This document shows positions 1 to 10,323 of a DNA stretch of 64,000 bases, in pieces. The notes under the pieces are model-generated. The model was given only the letters and a program-made list of their open reading frames with translations, ran no database searches and had not been told where the DNA came from. Numbering within the stretch: position 1 is the stretch's first letter; each line of letters opens with the position of its first letter. Origin of the DNA: Verrucomicrobiales bacterium (GTDB lineage: Bacteria; Verrucomicrobiota; Verrucomicrobiia; Verrucomicrobiales; Akkermansiaceae); the NCBI GenBank assembly GCA_038204755.1, contig JBBRCO010000002.1, positions 8,404 through 72,403 of the forward strand, given 5' to 3'. Position numbers and translations under genes: made by a program.

Positions 1-466
1 GCAAGGCGCGGGAAATACCGATCATTTTCACCCGGCCATCGTGCTTCGGCAGCTCGGCGGACGGCTGGTCCGCGCTGCGGCGGTCCTCTTGCGTCTGAAG
101 CGCGGACTCGACGACGGGGCGGAGCTCGAACGCCAGCGACTCCTTGCGCAAAACATCGTGCGCACCGCGTTGGGTGGCCTCGATGATCTGACCGGTCGTC
201 GGGAAACCGGCGGTCAGCACCACCAGCGTCTGCGGGCTCTGCTGCATGATGCGGCCTAGCAGCTCCATGCCGTCGAATGGCTCCATGTCCATCGCCGCGA
301 CGACGACGCTGACGGAGGCTTTTTCGATGACCTTGATCGCGTTCGCCGCATTGTCGCAGCGCAACACCCGCAGACCCTTGGCGGAGAGATGTTTCGTGGC
401 CCAATCCAGAAAATCCAAATCGGGATCGACCAACAACAAGGTATCTTCAGAGGAGTTTTCCGGCAT
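1..466 (-). CDS. NtrC-like (sigma-54) response regulator, N-terminal part (runs off window)
   Basis: Manual translation from ATG at 466: MPENSSEDTLLLVDPDLDFL...VVVAAMDMEPFDGMELL...VLTAG...LRKE...KMIGISRAL, i.e. a receiver fold followed by the typical 'IG.S..L' start of a sigma-54 AAA domain. Not in the ORF track. Confidence 0.75.
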   Translation of the reverse strand, partial: MPENSSEDTLLLVDPDLDFLDWATKHLSAKGLRVLRCDNAANAIKVIEKASVSVVVAAMDMEPFDGMELLGRIMQQSPQTLVVLTAGFPTTGQIIEATQRGAHDVLRKESLAFELRPVVESALQTQEDRRSADQPSAELPKHDGRVKMIGISRAL

Positions 467-539
467 CGCAAAGGCGGGGGAAGTGAAGCAGGGCAGGCCG
501 GGAAGGCACGATAAAAAAATCTGCCGATTAGAAGTCGGA

Positions 540-1970
540 TTATTCAAAAAAACGCTTGAGCGCCCTTTGCTCCGCCGGATCGAGCGAATCACGCCAGACC
601 CGGTCGCCGCCCTTGCCGGTGGCGTCGGTGTTTCCGCCCTTGGAAACACTTGATGCTGAGTGCTCCACATCATGCTCGCCGTCCTGAAGTTCGAGCAAAT
701 CGCCCGGAGTGGAGCGGGAAAGATCCTTCGCTTCGAGACCGGTGAGTTTGCCGGTTTCCACCGCGTCCTTCTGAGCCCCCAACACGCCTGGCGCATGGCC
801 GGGTCCGCGGTTCACTCCGCCTTTTCCATTGCCGTTGCCATCTTTGCCGTCCTCTCCTTCGCCCTCACCGTTGCCATTTCCGTCCTGGTCACCATCCCCG
901 GCGAGAAGTTCGTCGGACCAATCCTCACCCTCACCCTGGCCCTTGCCGTTTTTCATGGCTTCCTGGTTTTTCTTCAAATTTTCACGGAGCTGCTGCATCT
1001 GCTCGGGGTTGAGTTTGGCCATGTCTTTCAAATCGAGGCCCTTCATTTGTTCCAGCAGTTTCGGGTTCGGCTTCATCGCGCCGTTCTGAAGGCCTTGGAG
1101 CGCTTGGTCGAACTCCTCCATCATCTTGTTCTTCTCCGCCTGGCTGGCGGCTCCGGCGTTTTTCCCGATGTTTGCCAGCGCCTTTTCCGCACGGCCCAGC
1201 TCGCGCTCGACACGGTCTGTCTCCGCGCGGTGGGATTTTTTCAGGGAATCCGTGGCTTCCAGCGACGAGTGGCTGAACCATTGTTCCTCCTCCTGCGCCT
1301 TCAGCTCCTCCAGCCGCTTGCGCGTGTCCTCCAGATATTTTTCATCGACAACCTCCTCCTTCGTCAGCTTGTCCAGCTCCGCGCCGATCTGCTTCCACGC
1401 CTGCGGTTCGTCCGGTGCCGACGGTCCATCCTTGCTCCGTGCCGATATCGGAATCAGCAATCCCGCCGCCAGCAGCGCCAAAGCTCCTAACGGCGGCACC
1501 AGCAACCGCGACCACTGCCACGCCAGTCCGGCATCCACCGCCTTCACCGGCTGCGGCCACGGCGCGACTCCCGCGCTCGCCGCAGACAGGGCATTCCGCA
1601 TCCGCATGCTGGCTTCGATCCGCACCAGCGATTGCTCCGGCTTTTCAAATTTCCGCATCACCCACGCCCAGCAGATCAGCCCTAGCAGTAATACAGCGCC
1701 ACCGGCCGCCGCCATCATCTGCCAGCGCGGGATTTCCGGAAACTCACGCCTCGCCAGCAGAAATCCGCACGCCCCGAGCATCGCCACGATCAACAACGGT
1801 GCCGACAGCGCCTCCAGCCACCAGCCCAGATTCACCCGCCGCGATACCTGCTTCGCGCGGCAAAGCCAGTGATCCCGATGGGAATTTTCCATGCCGGATG
1901 TCATGGCTGGAAAATAAACGGAGCCGTTGGAAAAGCGATGGGAAATTCTGAGTTCCACCGGATGGCTCAT
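540..1970 (-). CDS. Hypothetical membrane-anchored coiled-coil protein with Gly/Asp-rich C-terminus
   Basis: Long ORF with 3 hydrophobic segments, Q/E/K-rich helices and a G-rich tail. True start is probably near 1892-1904. Confidence 0.6.
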   Translation of the reverse strand: MSHPVELRISHRFSNGSVYFPAMTSGMENSHRDHWLCRAKQVSRRVNLGWWLEALSAPLLIVAMLGACGFLLARREFPEIPRWQMMAAAGGAVLLLGLICWAWVMRKFEKPEQSLVRIEASMRMRNALSAASAGVAPWPQPVKAVDAGLAWQWSRLLVPPLGALALLAAGLLIPISARSKDGPSAPDEPQAWKQIGAELDKLTKEEVVDEKYLEDTRKRLEELKAQEEEQWFSHSSLEATDSLKKSHRAETDRVERELGRAEKALANIGKNAGAASQAEKNKMMEEFDQALQGLQNGAMKPNPKLLEQMKGLDLKDMAKLNPEQMQQLRENLKKNQEAMKNGKGQGEGEDWSDELLAGDGDQDGNGNGEGEGEDGKDGNGNGKGGVNRGPGHAPGVLGAQKDAVETGKLTGLEAKDLSRSTPGDLLELQDGEHDVEHSASSVSKGGNTDATGKGGDRVWRDSLDPAEQRALKRFFE

Positions 1971-2206
1971 CTGGGGTTCACGCCACCGCCCCGGACTTCA
2001 CCGAAACGAACCTCCCCTTTGCTGCCATCACCTCGAATCCAATCACCAGAACGAAACCGCGAACCGATGATGGTTTGGACGAGACCGAAGATTGCCGCAC
2101 CAACTCCGACAGCATCTGTTCCATGCTCAAGCGAATAGCTGCCAACGATGGGTGACCGTCGCGGAGAACTTTGTTGTTAATGGCAACAGACTTCTCCTCG
2201 AGAGTT

Positions 2207-2234
2207 GATTGGAGATTGCGGATTGCGGATTGGT
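2207..2234. repeat. Four copies of a 7-nt tandem repeat (GATTGNN)
   Basis: gattgga gattgcg gattgcg gattggt, read directly. Confidence 0.7.
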
Positions 2235-2279
2235 TTCAAACGCCGAGCGAGAATCCCCCCTTCGGACAGGACGCTAGCA

Positions 2280-2316
2280 CCTGATCCGTATCAGGCTGTG
2301 CGGAATTTGCTATAAT
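2280..2316 (+). promoter_or_regulatory. Putative PFOR-operon promoter: extended -10 with upstream FNR/CRP-like palindrome
   Basis: CCTGAT-CCGT-ATCAGG at 2280-2295; TGcTATAAT at 2308-2316. Confidence 0.45.
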
Positions 2317-2357
2317 AGCCTCATATCATGCACTTTGTGGAACTCGGGCGAATTTAA

Positions 2358-5300
2358 GTGTCTATGGGGGGCGTGAAAGCAAATCTCCAACCCGCAATGG
2401 GCACGCTTGATGCCAACGAAGCGGTCGCCTCGGTGGCCTATCGTTTGAACGAATTTTTCGCGATCTATCCGATCACCCCGTCCTCTCCGATGGCTGAGTT
2501 CGCCGATGAATGGTCTGCGGGCGGTAAGAAGAACCTGTGGGGTGCGGTGCCGAGTGTGTTGGAGATGCAATCCGAAGGCGGTGCTGCGGGTGCGCTTCAC
2601 GGAGCTCTGTTAGCGGGTTCGCTCAGTGCGTCTTTCACTTGTTCTCAGGGTCTCTTGTTAATGATCCCGAACATGTATAAAATCGCGGGTGAGTTGATCC
2701 CATTCTGTCTTCACGTCACCGCCCGCGCCCTTGCGACGCATGCGCTGAGCATTTTCGGTGACCACTCGGATGTGATGGCTTGTCGCCAAACCGGATTCGC
2801 GATGCTCTGCGGCGGCTCCGTCCAGGAAGCACAGGACACGGCGGTGATCTCACAAATGGTCACGTTGCGTTCGCGAATTCCATTCCTTCATTTTTTCGAC
2901 GGCTTCCGCACTTCGCACGAAGTTTCGAAAATCGCCCTGCTGAGCGACGATGATCTCCGCGCCCTGATGGATAACGAGTGCATCAGCGCAAACCGCGATC
3001 GCGCCCTCACTCCGGACAAGCCAGCCATCCGTGGCACCGCGCAAAACCCCGATGCATTTTTCCAAGCCCGCGAGGCCGGGAATACCTACTACGACCGACT
3101 TCCAGGCATGGTGAAAGAAGCGATGGACGCATTCGCCACGCAAACCGGACGTGCCTACAAGCCATTCGATTATGAAGGCGATCTCGAAGCCGATCGTGTG
3201 ATTGTGATCATGGGTTCCGGCGGAGAAGCGGTCGCGGAAACGGTCGCTTGGATGAATGAGAACGGCCACAAAACCGGTGTGGTCAAGGTGCGTCTCTATC
3301 GCCCGTTCTCCGTTGCGGACTTTGCTGCCACCCTGCCAAAAACCGTGAAATCCATCGCCGTGCTGGACCGCTCGAAAGAGCCAGGCGCTCTGGGCGATCC
3401 ACTTTTTGTCGATGTTTCCGCTGCTCTCCGCCAGGCGGAGGTCGCTGGCTTGATGAAGGATACGCAGGCGATCCGCTTGATCGGTGGGCGCTATGGACTC
3501 GGCTCCAAGGAATTCACGCCCGCCATGGTCAAGGCGGTGTTTGATGAACTCGCGAAACCACAGGCAAAGCAGGTTTTCACCGTCGGCATCAACGACGATG
3601 TCACCGGCCTGTCTCTCGACTATGATCCTGAATTCGAAGTCGTCCCGGCCGGTGTGAAGCAAGCGGTCTTCTTCGGACTGGGCTCGGACGGCACCGTCGG
3701 CGCTAACAAAAACAGCATCAAGATCATCGGTGAAGGCACGGATAACTACGCGCAAGGCTACTTCGTCTATGACTCGAAAAAGTCGGGAGCGATGACCGTT
3801 TCCCACCTCCGTTTCGGCCCCGCGCCGATTCGCTCGACCTATCTGATCCGCAGCGCGGAGTTTGTGGCCTGCCATCGTTTCGACCTTCTCCACCAGGTGA
3901 ACGTGCTCGATTACGCGAAACCCGGCGGCATTCTGCTCCTCAACTCACCGGGCGACCCGCATGAAGCATGGGGCCGTCTGCCGCGTGAAATCCAAGAGCA
4001 GATCATCCTGAAAAACCTTTCGTTCTACGCGATCGATGCCAGCACCGTGGCCCGCGATTGTGGCATGGCCGGACGCATCAACACGATCATGCAGACGTGT
4101 TATTTCGCGATCTCCGGCGTTCTTGAAAAGGAGGAGGCCATCGCCGCGATCAAGTATGCGATTAAAAAAACCTATGGCAAACGCGGCGACGCCGTGGTCC
4201 AGCGCAACTACGAAGCCGTGGACCGCACCTTGGAAAATCTGGTGAAAATCGAATACCCGGATGCGCCTAACTCAACGATCCGCCTCAATCCGCTGGTCCC
4301 CGAAAACGCCCCGGATTTCGTGCAACGCGTCACAGCGATGATGTTAGGCGGCAAGGGCGATTTGCTTCCTGTGAGCGCGTTCCCGGTCGATGGCACCTGG
4401 CCAACCGGCACCACCCAATGGGAGAAACGCAACATCGCCGAGGAAATCCCGGTTTGGGAAACCGACATTTGTATCCAGTGTAACAAGTGCGCGATTGTTT
4501 GTCCGCACGCCGCGATCCGTCCGAAGATATTCACCCCGGATCACCTCGCGAACGCACCGGCCACCTTCAAGTCCACCGGGTTCAAGGCCCGCGAATATCC
4601 TAACATGCTCTATTCCCTGCAGGTCGCTGCCGAAGATTGCACCGGATGCCAACTCTGCGTGCAGGTCTGCCCCGCCAAGGACAAGAGTAACCCGAGCCGC
4701 AAGGCACTCAACATGGTGCCGCAAATCCCGCTGCGCGATGCCGAGCGCGAGAACTTCGCGTTTTTCCTCGATCTACCCGATCCGGACCGTGCGATGCTGC
4801 GCGATGACGTGAAGACCACCCAGTTCATGCGTCCGCTGTTTGAGTTCTCCGGTGCCTGTTCCGGTTGCGGTGAAACTCCCTATCTGAAACTTCTAACCCA
4901 GCTCTACGGTGACCGTTTGCTCATGGCAAACGCCACCGGATGCTCGTCGATCTATGGCGGTAACCTGCCAACCACTCCATACACCACCGATGCATGCGGA
5001 CGCGGCCCTGCATGGGCGAACTCGCTCTTCGAAGACAACGCGGAATTCGGTCTTGGCATGCGAGCCAGCCTCGACCAATCGCGCGCTTTCGCCAGCGTCC
5101 TGCTCAGTGGTCAGGCTGGTGTGTTAGGAGATGATCTCGTCACCTCCATCCTCGAAGCCGATCAAACGACCGAAGCCGGTATCAATGCCCAACGTGAACG
5201 GGTGATCGCCCTGCGCAGTGCCCTGAAAGGTGTTTCCACCAGCGATGCCCGCACCCTCGATCAAATCGCGGACTACCTTGTGGATAAGAGCGTGTGGATC

Positions 5301-5969
5301 ATCGGTGGCGACGGATGGGCCTACGATATCGGATTCGGTGGACTCGACCATGTGATCGCCTCTGGCAGAAACGTGAACATCCTGGTGCTCGATACAGAGG
5401 TTTACTCTAACACCGGAGGTCAACAATCGAAGTCCACACCGCTCGGCGCGGTCGCGAAGTTCAGTATGGCGGGAAAGGCCCTGCCGAAAAAAGACCTCGC
5501 CCTGATCGCCACCACCTACGGTTCGGTTTACGTCGCCCGTGTCGCGATGGGAGCGAAGGACGGGCACACCGTCTCGGTCCTGCGCGAAGCGGAGAGCTAT
5601 CCCGGGCCATCGCTGATCATCGCCTACAGCCACTGTGTCGCCCACGGGTATAGCTTGTCGCAAGGGCTCGAACAACAAAAGCGCGCCGTCGCTTGCGGTT
5701 ACTGGCCGCTGTTCCGCTTCGATCCGCGCCGCGCTGACAAGGGGGAAAACCCGATGAAGCTCGATTCCAGTGCGCCTAAAGGTTCGCTGAAAGACTTCAC
5801 CAGCAACGAGACCCGATTCCAGATGTTGGAACGCATCAACCCGGAACGTTCTGCGATGCTCCAGCAGATGGCAGCGGATTCCGTGAAGGAACGCTTCGCT
5901 CTCTATCAAAAAATGGCTGCCGTCACGGAGACCGCCGCGCCATCCGAAACCACCGCTCCTAACGCCTGA
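2358..5969 (+). CDS. nifJ: Pyruvate:ferredoxin (flavodoxin) oxidoreductase, single-chain type
   Basis: YPITPS, EMQSEGGAAG, two 4Fe-4S motifs (CIQCNKCAIVCP, CTGCQLCVQVCP), ACSGCGETPY, TPP motif GGDGWAYDIG; 1203 aa. Confidence 0.97.
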   Translation: MSMGGVKANLQPAMGTLDANEAVASVAYRLNEFFAIYPITPSSPMAEFADEWSAGGKKNLWGAVPSVLEMQSEGGAAGALHGALLAGSLSASFTCSQGLLLMIPNMYKIAGELIPFCLHVTARALATHALSIFGDHSDVMACRQTGFAMLCGGSVQEAQDTAVISQMVTLRSRIPFLHFFDGFRTSHEVSKIALLSDDDLRALMDNECISANRDRALTPDKPAIRGTAQNPDAFFQAREAGNTYYDRLPGMVKEAMDAFATQTGRAYKPFDYEGDLEADRVIVIMGSGGEAVAETVAWMNENGHKTGVVKVRLYRPFSVADFAATLPKTVKSIAVLDRSKEPGALGDPLFVDVSAALRQAEVAGLMKDTQAIRLIGGRYGLGSKEFTPAMVKAVFDELAKPQAKQVFTVGINDDVTGLSLDYDPEFEVVPAGVKQAVFFGLGSDGTVGANKNSIKIIGEGTDNYAQGYFVYDSKKSGAMTVSHLRFGPAPIRSTYLIRSAEFVACHRFDLLHQVNVLDYAKPGGILLLNSPGDPHEAWGRLPREIQEQIILKNLSFYAIDASTVARDCGMAGRINTIMQTCYFAISGVLEKEEAIAAIKYAIKKTYGKRGDAVVQRNYEAVDRTLENLVKIEYPDAPNSTIRLNPLVPENAPDFVQRVTAMMLGGKGDLLPVSAFPVDGTWPTGTTQWEKRNIAEEIPVWETDICIQCNKCAIVCPHAAIRPKIFTPDHLANAPATFKSTGFKAREYPNMLYSLQVAAEDCTGCQLCVQVCPAKDKSNPSRKALNMVPQIPLRDAERENFAFFLDLPDPDRAMLRDDVKTTQFMRPLFEFSGACSGCGETPYLKLLTQLYGDRLLMANATGCSSIYGGNLPTTPYTTDACGRGPAWANSLFEDNAEFGLGMRASLDQSRAFASVLLSGQAGVLGDDLVTSILEADQTTEAGINAQRERVIALRSALKGVSTSDARTLDQIADYLVDKSVWIIGGDGWAYDIGFGGLDHVIASGRNVNILVLDTEVYSNTGGQQSKSTPLGAVAKFSMAGKALPKKDLALIATTYGSVYVARVAMGAKDGHTVSVLREAESYPGPSLIIAYSHCVAHGYSLSQGLEQQKRAVACGYWPLFRFDPRRADKGENPMKLDSSAPKGSLKDFTSNETRFQMLERINPERSAMLQQMAADSVKERFALYQKMAAVTETAAPSETTAPNA

Positions 5970-5974
5970 TCACC

Positions 5975-6967
5975 ATGGAACTTGCCACTACCTATCTAGG
6001 TCTGCCTCTGAAAAATCCGGTGATGCCCGGTGCCTCACCCTTGGTCAATCAGCTCGACAACGTGCGGCGTTTGGAAGACGCCGGTGCTGCTGCCGTCGTG
6101 ATGCATTCGCTCTTTGAAGAGCAGATCACCAACGATCAGATTGCGGAGTTCGCCCATACGGAAAACCCTGCGGAGTCCTTCTCCGAAGCGGTTTCCTATT
6201 TCCCTCACATGGAGGATTATGCGTTCGGGCCGGACTGCTATCTCGACCAGATTTCCCGCATCAAGGAATCGGTTGAAATCCCGGTCATTGGTTCGCTCAA
6301 TGGCGTGAGTCAGGGTGGTTGGATCGACTACGCCCGCCTCATTCAACAGGCCGGTGCCGATGCGCTCGAACTCAACGTCTATTACATCGCCACCGCTCCG
6401 GACGAACCGGGAGTCGCCGTGGAGAATCGCACGCTTGAGATTTTTCAAGCGGTGAAGGAAGCCGTGACCATTCCCGTGGCGGTGAAACTTTCCCCTTTCT
6501 TCTCATCACCCGGTCATTTCGCCAAACAGCTGGACGGGATGGGGGCAGCCGGCGTGGTTCTTTTTAATCGCTTCTATCAACCTGATATCAATATCGAGGA
6601 ACTCGAAGCGACACACCGTCTCGATCTTTCGAACTCCACCGAGCTGCGTTTGCGTCTGCGCTGGGCGGCGATTCTCCACGGCCACCTCAAGGCGGACATC
6701 GCGGTCAGCGGTGGCGTGCACACCGTAGAGGACATCATCAAGGCGATCATGAGCGGAGCAAGTGTCGTGCAGGTGGTCTCCTGTTTGTTGAAATACGGAC
6801 CTACCCACATCGGCAGTCTGATCAACGGTCTGCGCCATTGGCTCGAGGATCACGAGTATGATTCCGTCGGGCAAATGCGCGGCAGCATGAGTCTGCAACA
6901 TTGCCCGGATCCAAGCGTCTTCGAACGCGCGAACTATCTTCGTGTCCTGCAACTCTGGAAAGTCTGA
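5975..6967 (+). CDS. Dihydroorotate dehydrogenase-like FMN TIM-barrel protein
   Basis: LGLPLKNPV, ADALELN, PVAVKLSP, SGGVH motifs; lacks the catalytic SCPN loop. Confidence 0.85.
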   Translation: MELATTYLGLPLKNPVMPGASPLVNQLDNVRRLEDAGAAAVVMHSLFEEQITNDQIAEFAHTENPAESFSEAVSYFPHMEDYAFGPDCYLDQISRIKESVEIPVIGSLNGVSQGGWIDYARLIQQAGADALELNVYYIATAPDEPGVAVENRTLEIFQAVKEAVTIPVAVKLSPFFSSPGHFAKQLDGMGAAGVVLFNRFYQPDINIEELEATHRLDLSNSTELRLRLRWAAILHGHLKADIAVSGGVHTVEDIIKAIMSGASVVQVVSCLLKYGPTHIGSLINGLRHWLEDHEYDSVGQMRGSMSLQHCPDPSVFERANYLRVLQLWKV

Positions 6968-6974
6968 TGTAAGC

Positions 6975-7379
6975 ATGAACCATCCCTACCTTCCAATTCT
7001 GATATTCTTCGGAGTAGCCCTAGCGGTCCCTATCGGGTCGCTGGTGCTGGCTAGGGTATGGATGACGTTTTTCACGCCGATCAAACGCGGCAAGGATAAG
7101 AACGCCCTCTACGAATGTGGTGTGGATCCTCTGGCCGGGCGGCAGACGCGCTTCCACTCGCAATACTATTTGTTCGGGCTCTTGTTCCTGCTCTTCGATG
7201 TGGAAACCGTCTTTCTGCTGCCATTCGCGGTCGCTTTCCTGAAACTAACGGTCGGTTCGTTCCTGGTGGCCATGCTTTTCCTGCTGCTCTTGGCGGAAGG
7301 GCTGGTCTGGGCGTGGGGCAAGGGACTTCTCAACTGGCGCGTAAAATCCAAACCTGACCTGACCTATCATGGCGATTGA
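6975..7379 (+). CDS. nuoA: NADH-quinone oxidoreductase subunit A
   Basis: YECG loop, FLLFDVE, 3 TM helices. Confidence 0.93.
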   Translation: MNHPYLPILIFFGVALAVPIGSLVLARVWMTFFTPIKRGKDKNALYECGVDPLAGRQTRFHSQYYLFGLLFLLFDVETVFLLPFAVAFLKLTVGSFLVAMLFLLLLAEGLVWAWGKGLLNWRVKSKPDLTYHGD

Positions 7380-7998
7380 TTCCAATCATGCTGAAGACCT
7401 GAAATCGCAGGGCGTGCATGTCACCTCCTTTGAGCAGTTGATCAACTGGGGCCGCTCCAGTTCGCTTTGGCCGCTCCAGTTCGGGCTCGCCTGTTGCGCG
7501 ATTGAAATGATCGCCGCCACCATGGCGAAATACGACATGGCCCGCTTCGGGGCCGAGGTCTTCCGCCCGTCGCCGCGCCAAGCGGATCTGATGATCGTCG
7601 CTGGCACGGTGACCAAGAAGATGGCCCCGCAGGTCGTGCGTCTCTACAATCAGATGGCCGAGCCGAAATATGTCATCGCCATGGGGGCGTGCGCGATTTC
7701 CGGTGGTCCTTTCAAGGATGGCTACAATGTGCTCAAGGGGATTGATCGTTTCATCCCTGTGGACGTCGTCATTCCCGGATGTCCGCCACGACCCGAGGCT
7801 TTGTTGGAAGGTTTGATGACCCTGCGTAACAAGATCGCGAAGGAGAAACTGATAGGAAAACATCGCGCCCGCCACGCGGATGCCAATGGCACTCCATCGT
7901 TTCCTGTGCCGGATTTCGGCCCGCACGATCTCGAGCCCACGGCAAACCGCGAAATCTGGAATCCGCCCACGGTGATCCGTGAAGGAGGTGTGAAATGA
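7369..7998 (+). CDS. nuoB: NADH-quinone oxidoreductase subunit B
   Basis: [31 protein letters not shown] (N2 cluster ligands). Confidence 0.96.
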   Translation: MAIDSNHAEDLKSQGVHVTSFEQLINWGRSSSLWPLQFGLACCAIEMIAATMAKYDMARFGAEVFRPSPRQADLMIVAGTVTKKMAPQVVRLYNQMAEPKYVIAMGACAISGGPFKDGYNVLKGIDRFIPVDVVIPGCPPRPEALLEGLMTLRNKIAKEKLIGKHRARHADANGTPSFPVPDFGPHDLEPTANREIWNPPTVIREGGVK

Positions 7999-8591
7999 TC
8001 GCGGAGACCGCAACAATTCTCAGTCGCTTGCGGGAGGTATTGCCAAACGCCGAGATTTCACTTTGTAAAAACCCGGGGCCTTCCGCGCAACATTCACTGC
8101 TCGTCAGTGGCGGCTGCCTGCTTGATGTCTGTCGTTTCCTTCATGATACACTCAAGTTCGATCTGCTTTCTAACGTGACCGGCGTCGATTGGCTGGATGC
8201 TGCCAAAGCCAATGCCGTGGCCGTTTTAGACGAGGAGGGGACTTCTGCCACCGAAGGATTTCTTGAAGTGATCTATCACCTCTATTCCACCTCGCTCCGG
8301 ATCGGGCCGCTGGTGCTGCGCGCCCGCACCGCGGATCGCGACAAACTGGTCCAGATTCCATCCGTCGTTTCCGTATATCGAAGTGCCGAGTTTCAGGAAC
8401 GGGAGATTTTCGACCTCTACGGCGTCGATTTTACAGGCCATCCCGACCTTCGCCGCATCCTGATGTGGGATGAGTTTATCGATCACCCGATGCGCAAGGA
8501 CTACGTCGCTCCGGACGATTACGAATACGAACCCACTCCACATGCAGCCGTGTTGGAGCACGCCAAAGCGCATTACCCGGCCGCGCCATGA
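7995..8591 (+). CDS. nuoC: NADH-quinone oxidoreductase subunit C
   Basis: [27 protein letters not shown]. Confidence 0.94.
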   Translation: MIAETATILSRLREVLPNAEISLCKNPGPSAQHSLLVSGGCLLDVCRFLHDTLKFDLLSNVTGVDWLDAAKANAVAVLDEEGTSATEGFLEVIYHLYSTSLRIGPLVLRARTADRDKLVQIPSVVSVYRSAEFQEREIFDLYGVDFTGHPDLRRILMWDEFIDHPMRKDYVAPDDYEYEPTPHAAVLEHAKAHYPAAP

Positions 8592-9745
8592 TTTCCGATC
8601 CATCCATGTTTCCATCATCGCCGGTTCTCGACCCTGCGTCGGACGACGACCAAATGTTGCGTGTTTCGTTAGGCCCGCAGCATCCGTCCACTCATGGGGT
8701 GTTCCGCATGAATGTGGTGCTCGATGGCGAAACCGTGGTGAGCCTCAAGCCTGTTTTTGGCTACCTCCACCGCAATCACGAGAAGATCGGTGAAAGTCTG
8801 AGCTATCTGGCATCGATGCCCTACACGGATCGCCTCGATTATATCTGCCCGCTTACAAACAACTGGGCCTACGCCCATGCGGTGGAAAAACTCGCCGGTA
8901 TCGAGGTGCCCGAACGCGCCGAATACATGCGCGTCATTCTGGGTGAACTCACGCGATTGATCAACCACACCGCGTTCGCCGGATTTATCCTCGGCGACAT
9001 GGGAGCATGGGGATCAGCGCTGATGTATGCCTTCCGGGAGCGGGAGAAAATCCTTGATCTGTTTGAAGAACTCACCGGTGCGAGGATGATGGGGAATTTC
9101 ATGCGTTTCGGCGGCTGCCGCAACGATCTGCCTGCGGGTTGGGCTGCGAAAGTCGGCAAACTCGTCGATGAATACGGACCCTTCCTTGATGAGATGGAGA
9201 AGTTCCTCGTCGGAAATGAAATTTTGTTAGCCCGCACGCAGGATATCGGCGCATTGCCGAAGGAGGTTCTGATCAACGGCGGCATCACCGGCCCGATGCT
9301 GCGCGCGGCGGGGGTGAACTACGACATCCGCAAAGTGGAGCCATACGGTATCTACGAGCGTTTTGATTTCCGAGTTCCGCTAGGCGAAAGAGGCGATTGC
9401 TACGACCGCATCATGATCCGTTTCCTTGAGATGCGAGAGTCGTTGAAAATACTGCGTCAAGCGATCAACCGGTTGCCGGAAGGTGCCTACATCCATCCGA
9501 AAGCCAAATTGCGCAACTTCAAGGCACCGGTCGGGGAAGCCTATGGCCGGATTGAAGGACCGAAAGGCGAACTCGGATTCCATCTGATCAGCGATGGCAC
9601 GACCAGTCCTTATCGTTACCGTGTCCGTCCACCGAGTTTCATCAATCTGACTCTGCTGGAAGACATGTGCCTCGGTCTGGACCTTGCGGATGTCGTCGTG
9701 ATCTTGGGCAGTGTGGACATCGTGTTAGGGGAGGTGGACCGGTGA
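8588..9745 (+). CDS. nuoD: NADH-quinone oxidoreductase subunit D
   Basis: [29 protein letters not shown]-terminal DIVLGEVDR; no NiFe CxxC motifs. Confidence 0.96.
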   Translation: MISDPSMFPSSPVLDPASDDDQMLRVSLGPQHPSTHGVFRMNVVLDGETVVSLKPVFGYLHRNHEKIGESLSYLASMPYTDRLDYICPLTNNWAYAHAVEKLAGIEVPERAEYMRVILGELTRLINHTAFAGFILGDMGAWGSALMYAFREREKILDLFEELTGARMMGNFMRFGGCRNDLPAGWAAKVGKLVDEYGPFLDEMEKFLVGNEILLARTQDIGALPKEVLINGGITGPMLRAAGVNYDIRKVEPYGIYERFDFRVPLGERGDCYDRIMIRFLEMRESLKILRQAINRLPEGAYIHPKAKLRNFKAPVGEAYGRIEGPKGELGFHLISDGTTSPYRYRVRPPSFINLTLLEDMCLGLDLADVVVILGSVDIVLGEVDR

Positions 9746-9747
9746 AA

Positions 9748-10323
9748 ATGATTCTACCAGGTCTCGGTTTGTTCCAAGGACTCGTGGTGTCCGGTCGCAA
9801 TATGATCGAGAGCTTCTACAAAAAGGAGCGCATGACCACGATCCAGTATCCTGAGGAGCGTGCGCCAATCAGCCCGAATTTCCGCAATTTCCCATTCCTC
9901 TGTTACGATGGCAACGACCCCGTTGCCGGGCTGCGCTGCACGGCTTGCTCGATCTGTGAAAACGAGTGTCCGCCGCAGTGCATCTACATCGTGCTCGACC
10001 GTGATGAGAACGGGAAGTCGCTCAAGCGCCCGAAGGTTTTTGATATCGATCTCTCCGTTTGCATGAACTGCGGCATCTGCTCCGAGGTTTGTCCGTTCGA
10101 TTCCATCTACATGGACGGCGAGTATGAAATGAGCACCGACGACCGATTCGGTGGATTGCTTTTCGGTCTCGACCGGCTTTCCAAGTCTGCGGACTACCAC
10201 ATGAAACTCCGACCCGAGCAGGCGTCTGAAGTCCTCGCAAAGCGTAAGGCGGACGAAGAGAAGAAAGCCGCGACCGCAGCCGCAAAACTGGCAAAAGCCA
10301 AAGAAAAGGAGGCATCCGAATGA
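9748..10323 (+). CDS. nuoI: NADH-quinone oxidoreductase subunit I (2x[4Fe-4S])
   Basis: TIQYPEE, CTACSICENECP, CMNCGICSEVCP; start at 9742 or 9748. Confidence 0.93.
   Translation: MILPGLGLFQGLVVSGRNMIESFYKKERMTTIQYPEERAPISPNFRNFPFLCYDGNDPVAGLRCTACSICENECPPQCIYIVLDRDENGKSLKRPKVFDIDLSVCMNCGICSEVCPFDSIYMDGEYEMSTDDRFGGLLFGLDRLSKSADYHMKLRPEQASEVLAKRKADEEKKAATAAAKLAKAKEKEASE

Noticed and set aside
5975-6967. Assigning the gene symbol pyrD
   Set aside because: The catalytic SCPN loop is absent and there are no pyr genes nearby.
7369-9745. Group 4 [NiFe]-hydrogenase (Ech/Hyf/Mbh) interpretation of the nuo-like cluster
   Set aside because: The large subunit has no CxxC Ni-binding motifs, keeps the quinone-site His/Tyr motifs and ends in GEVDR; NuoB has the tandem CC; nuoA is present.
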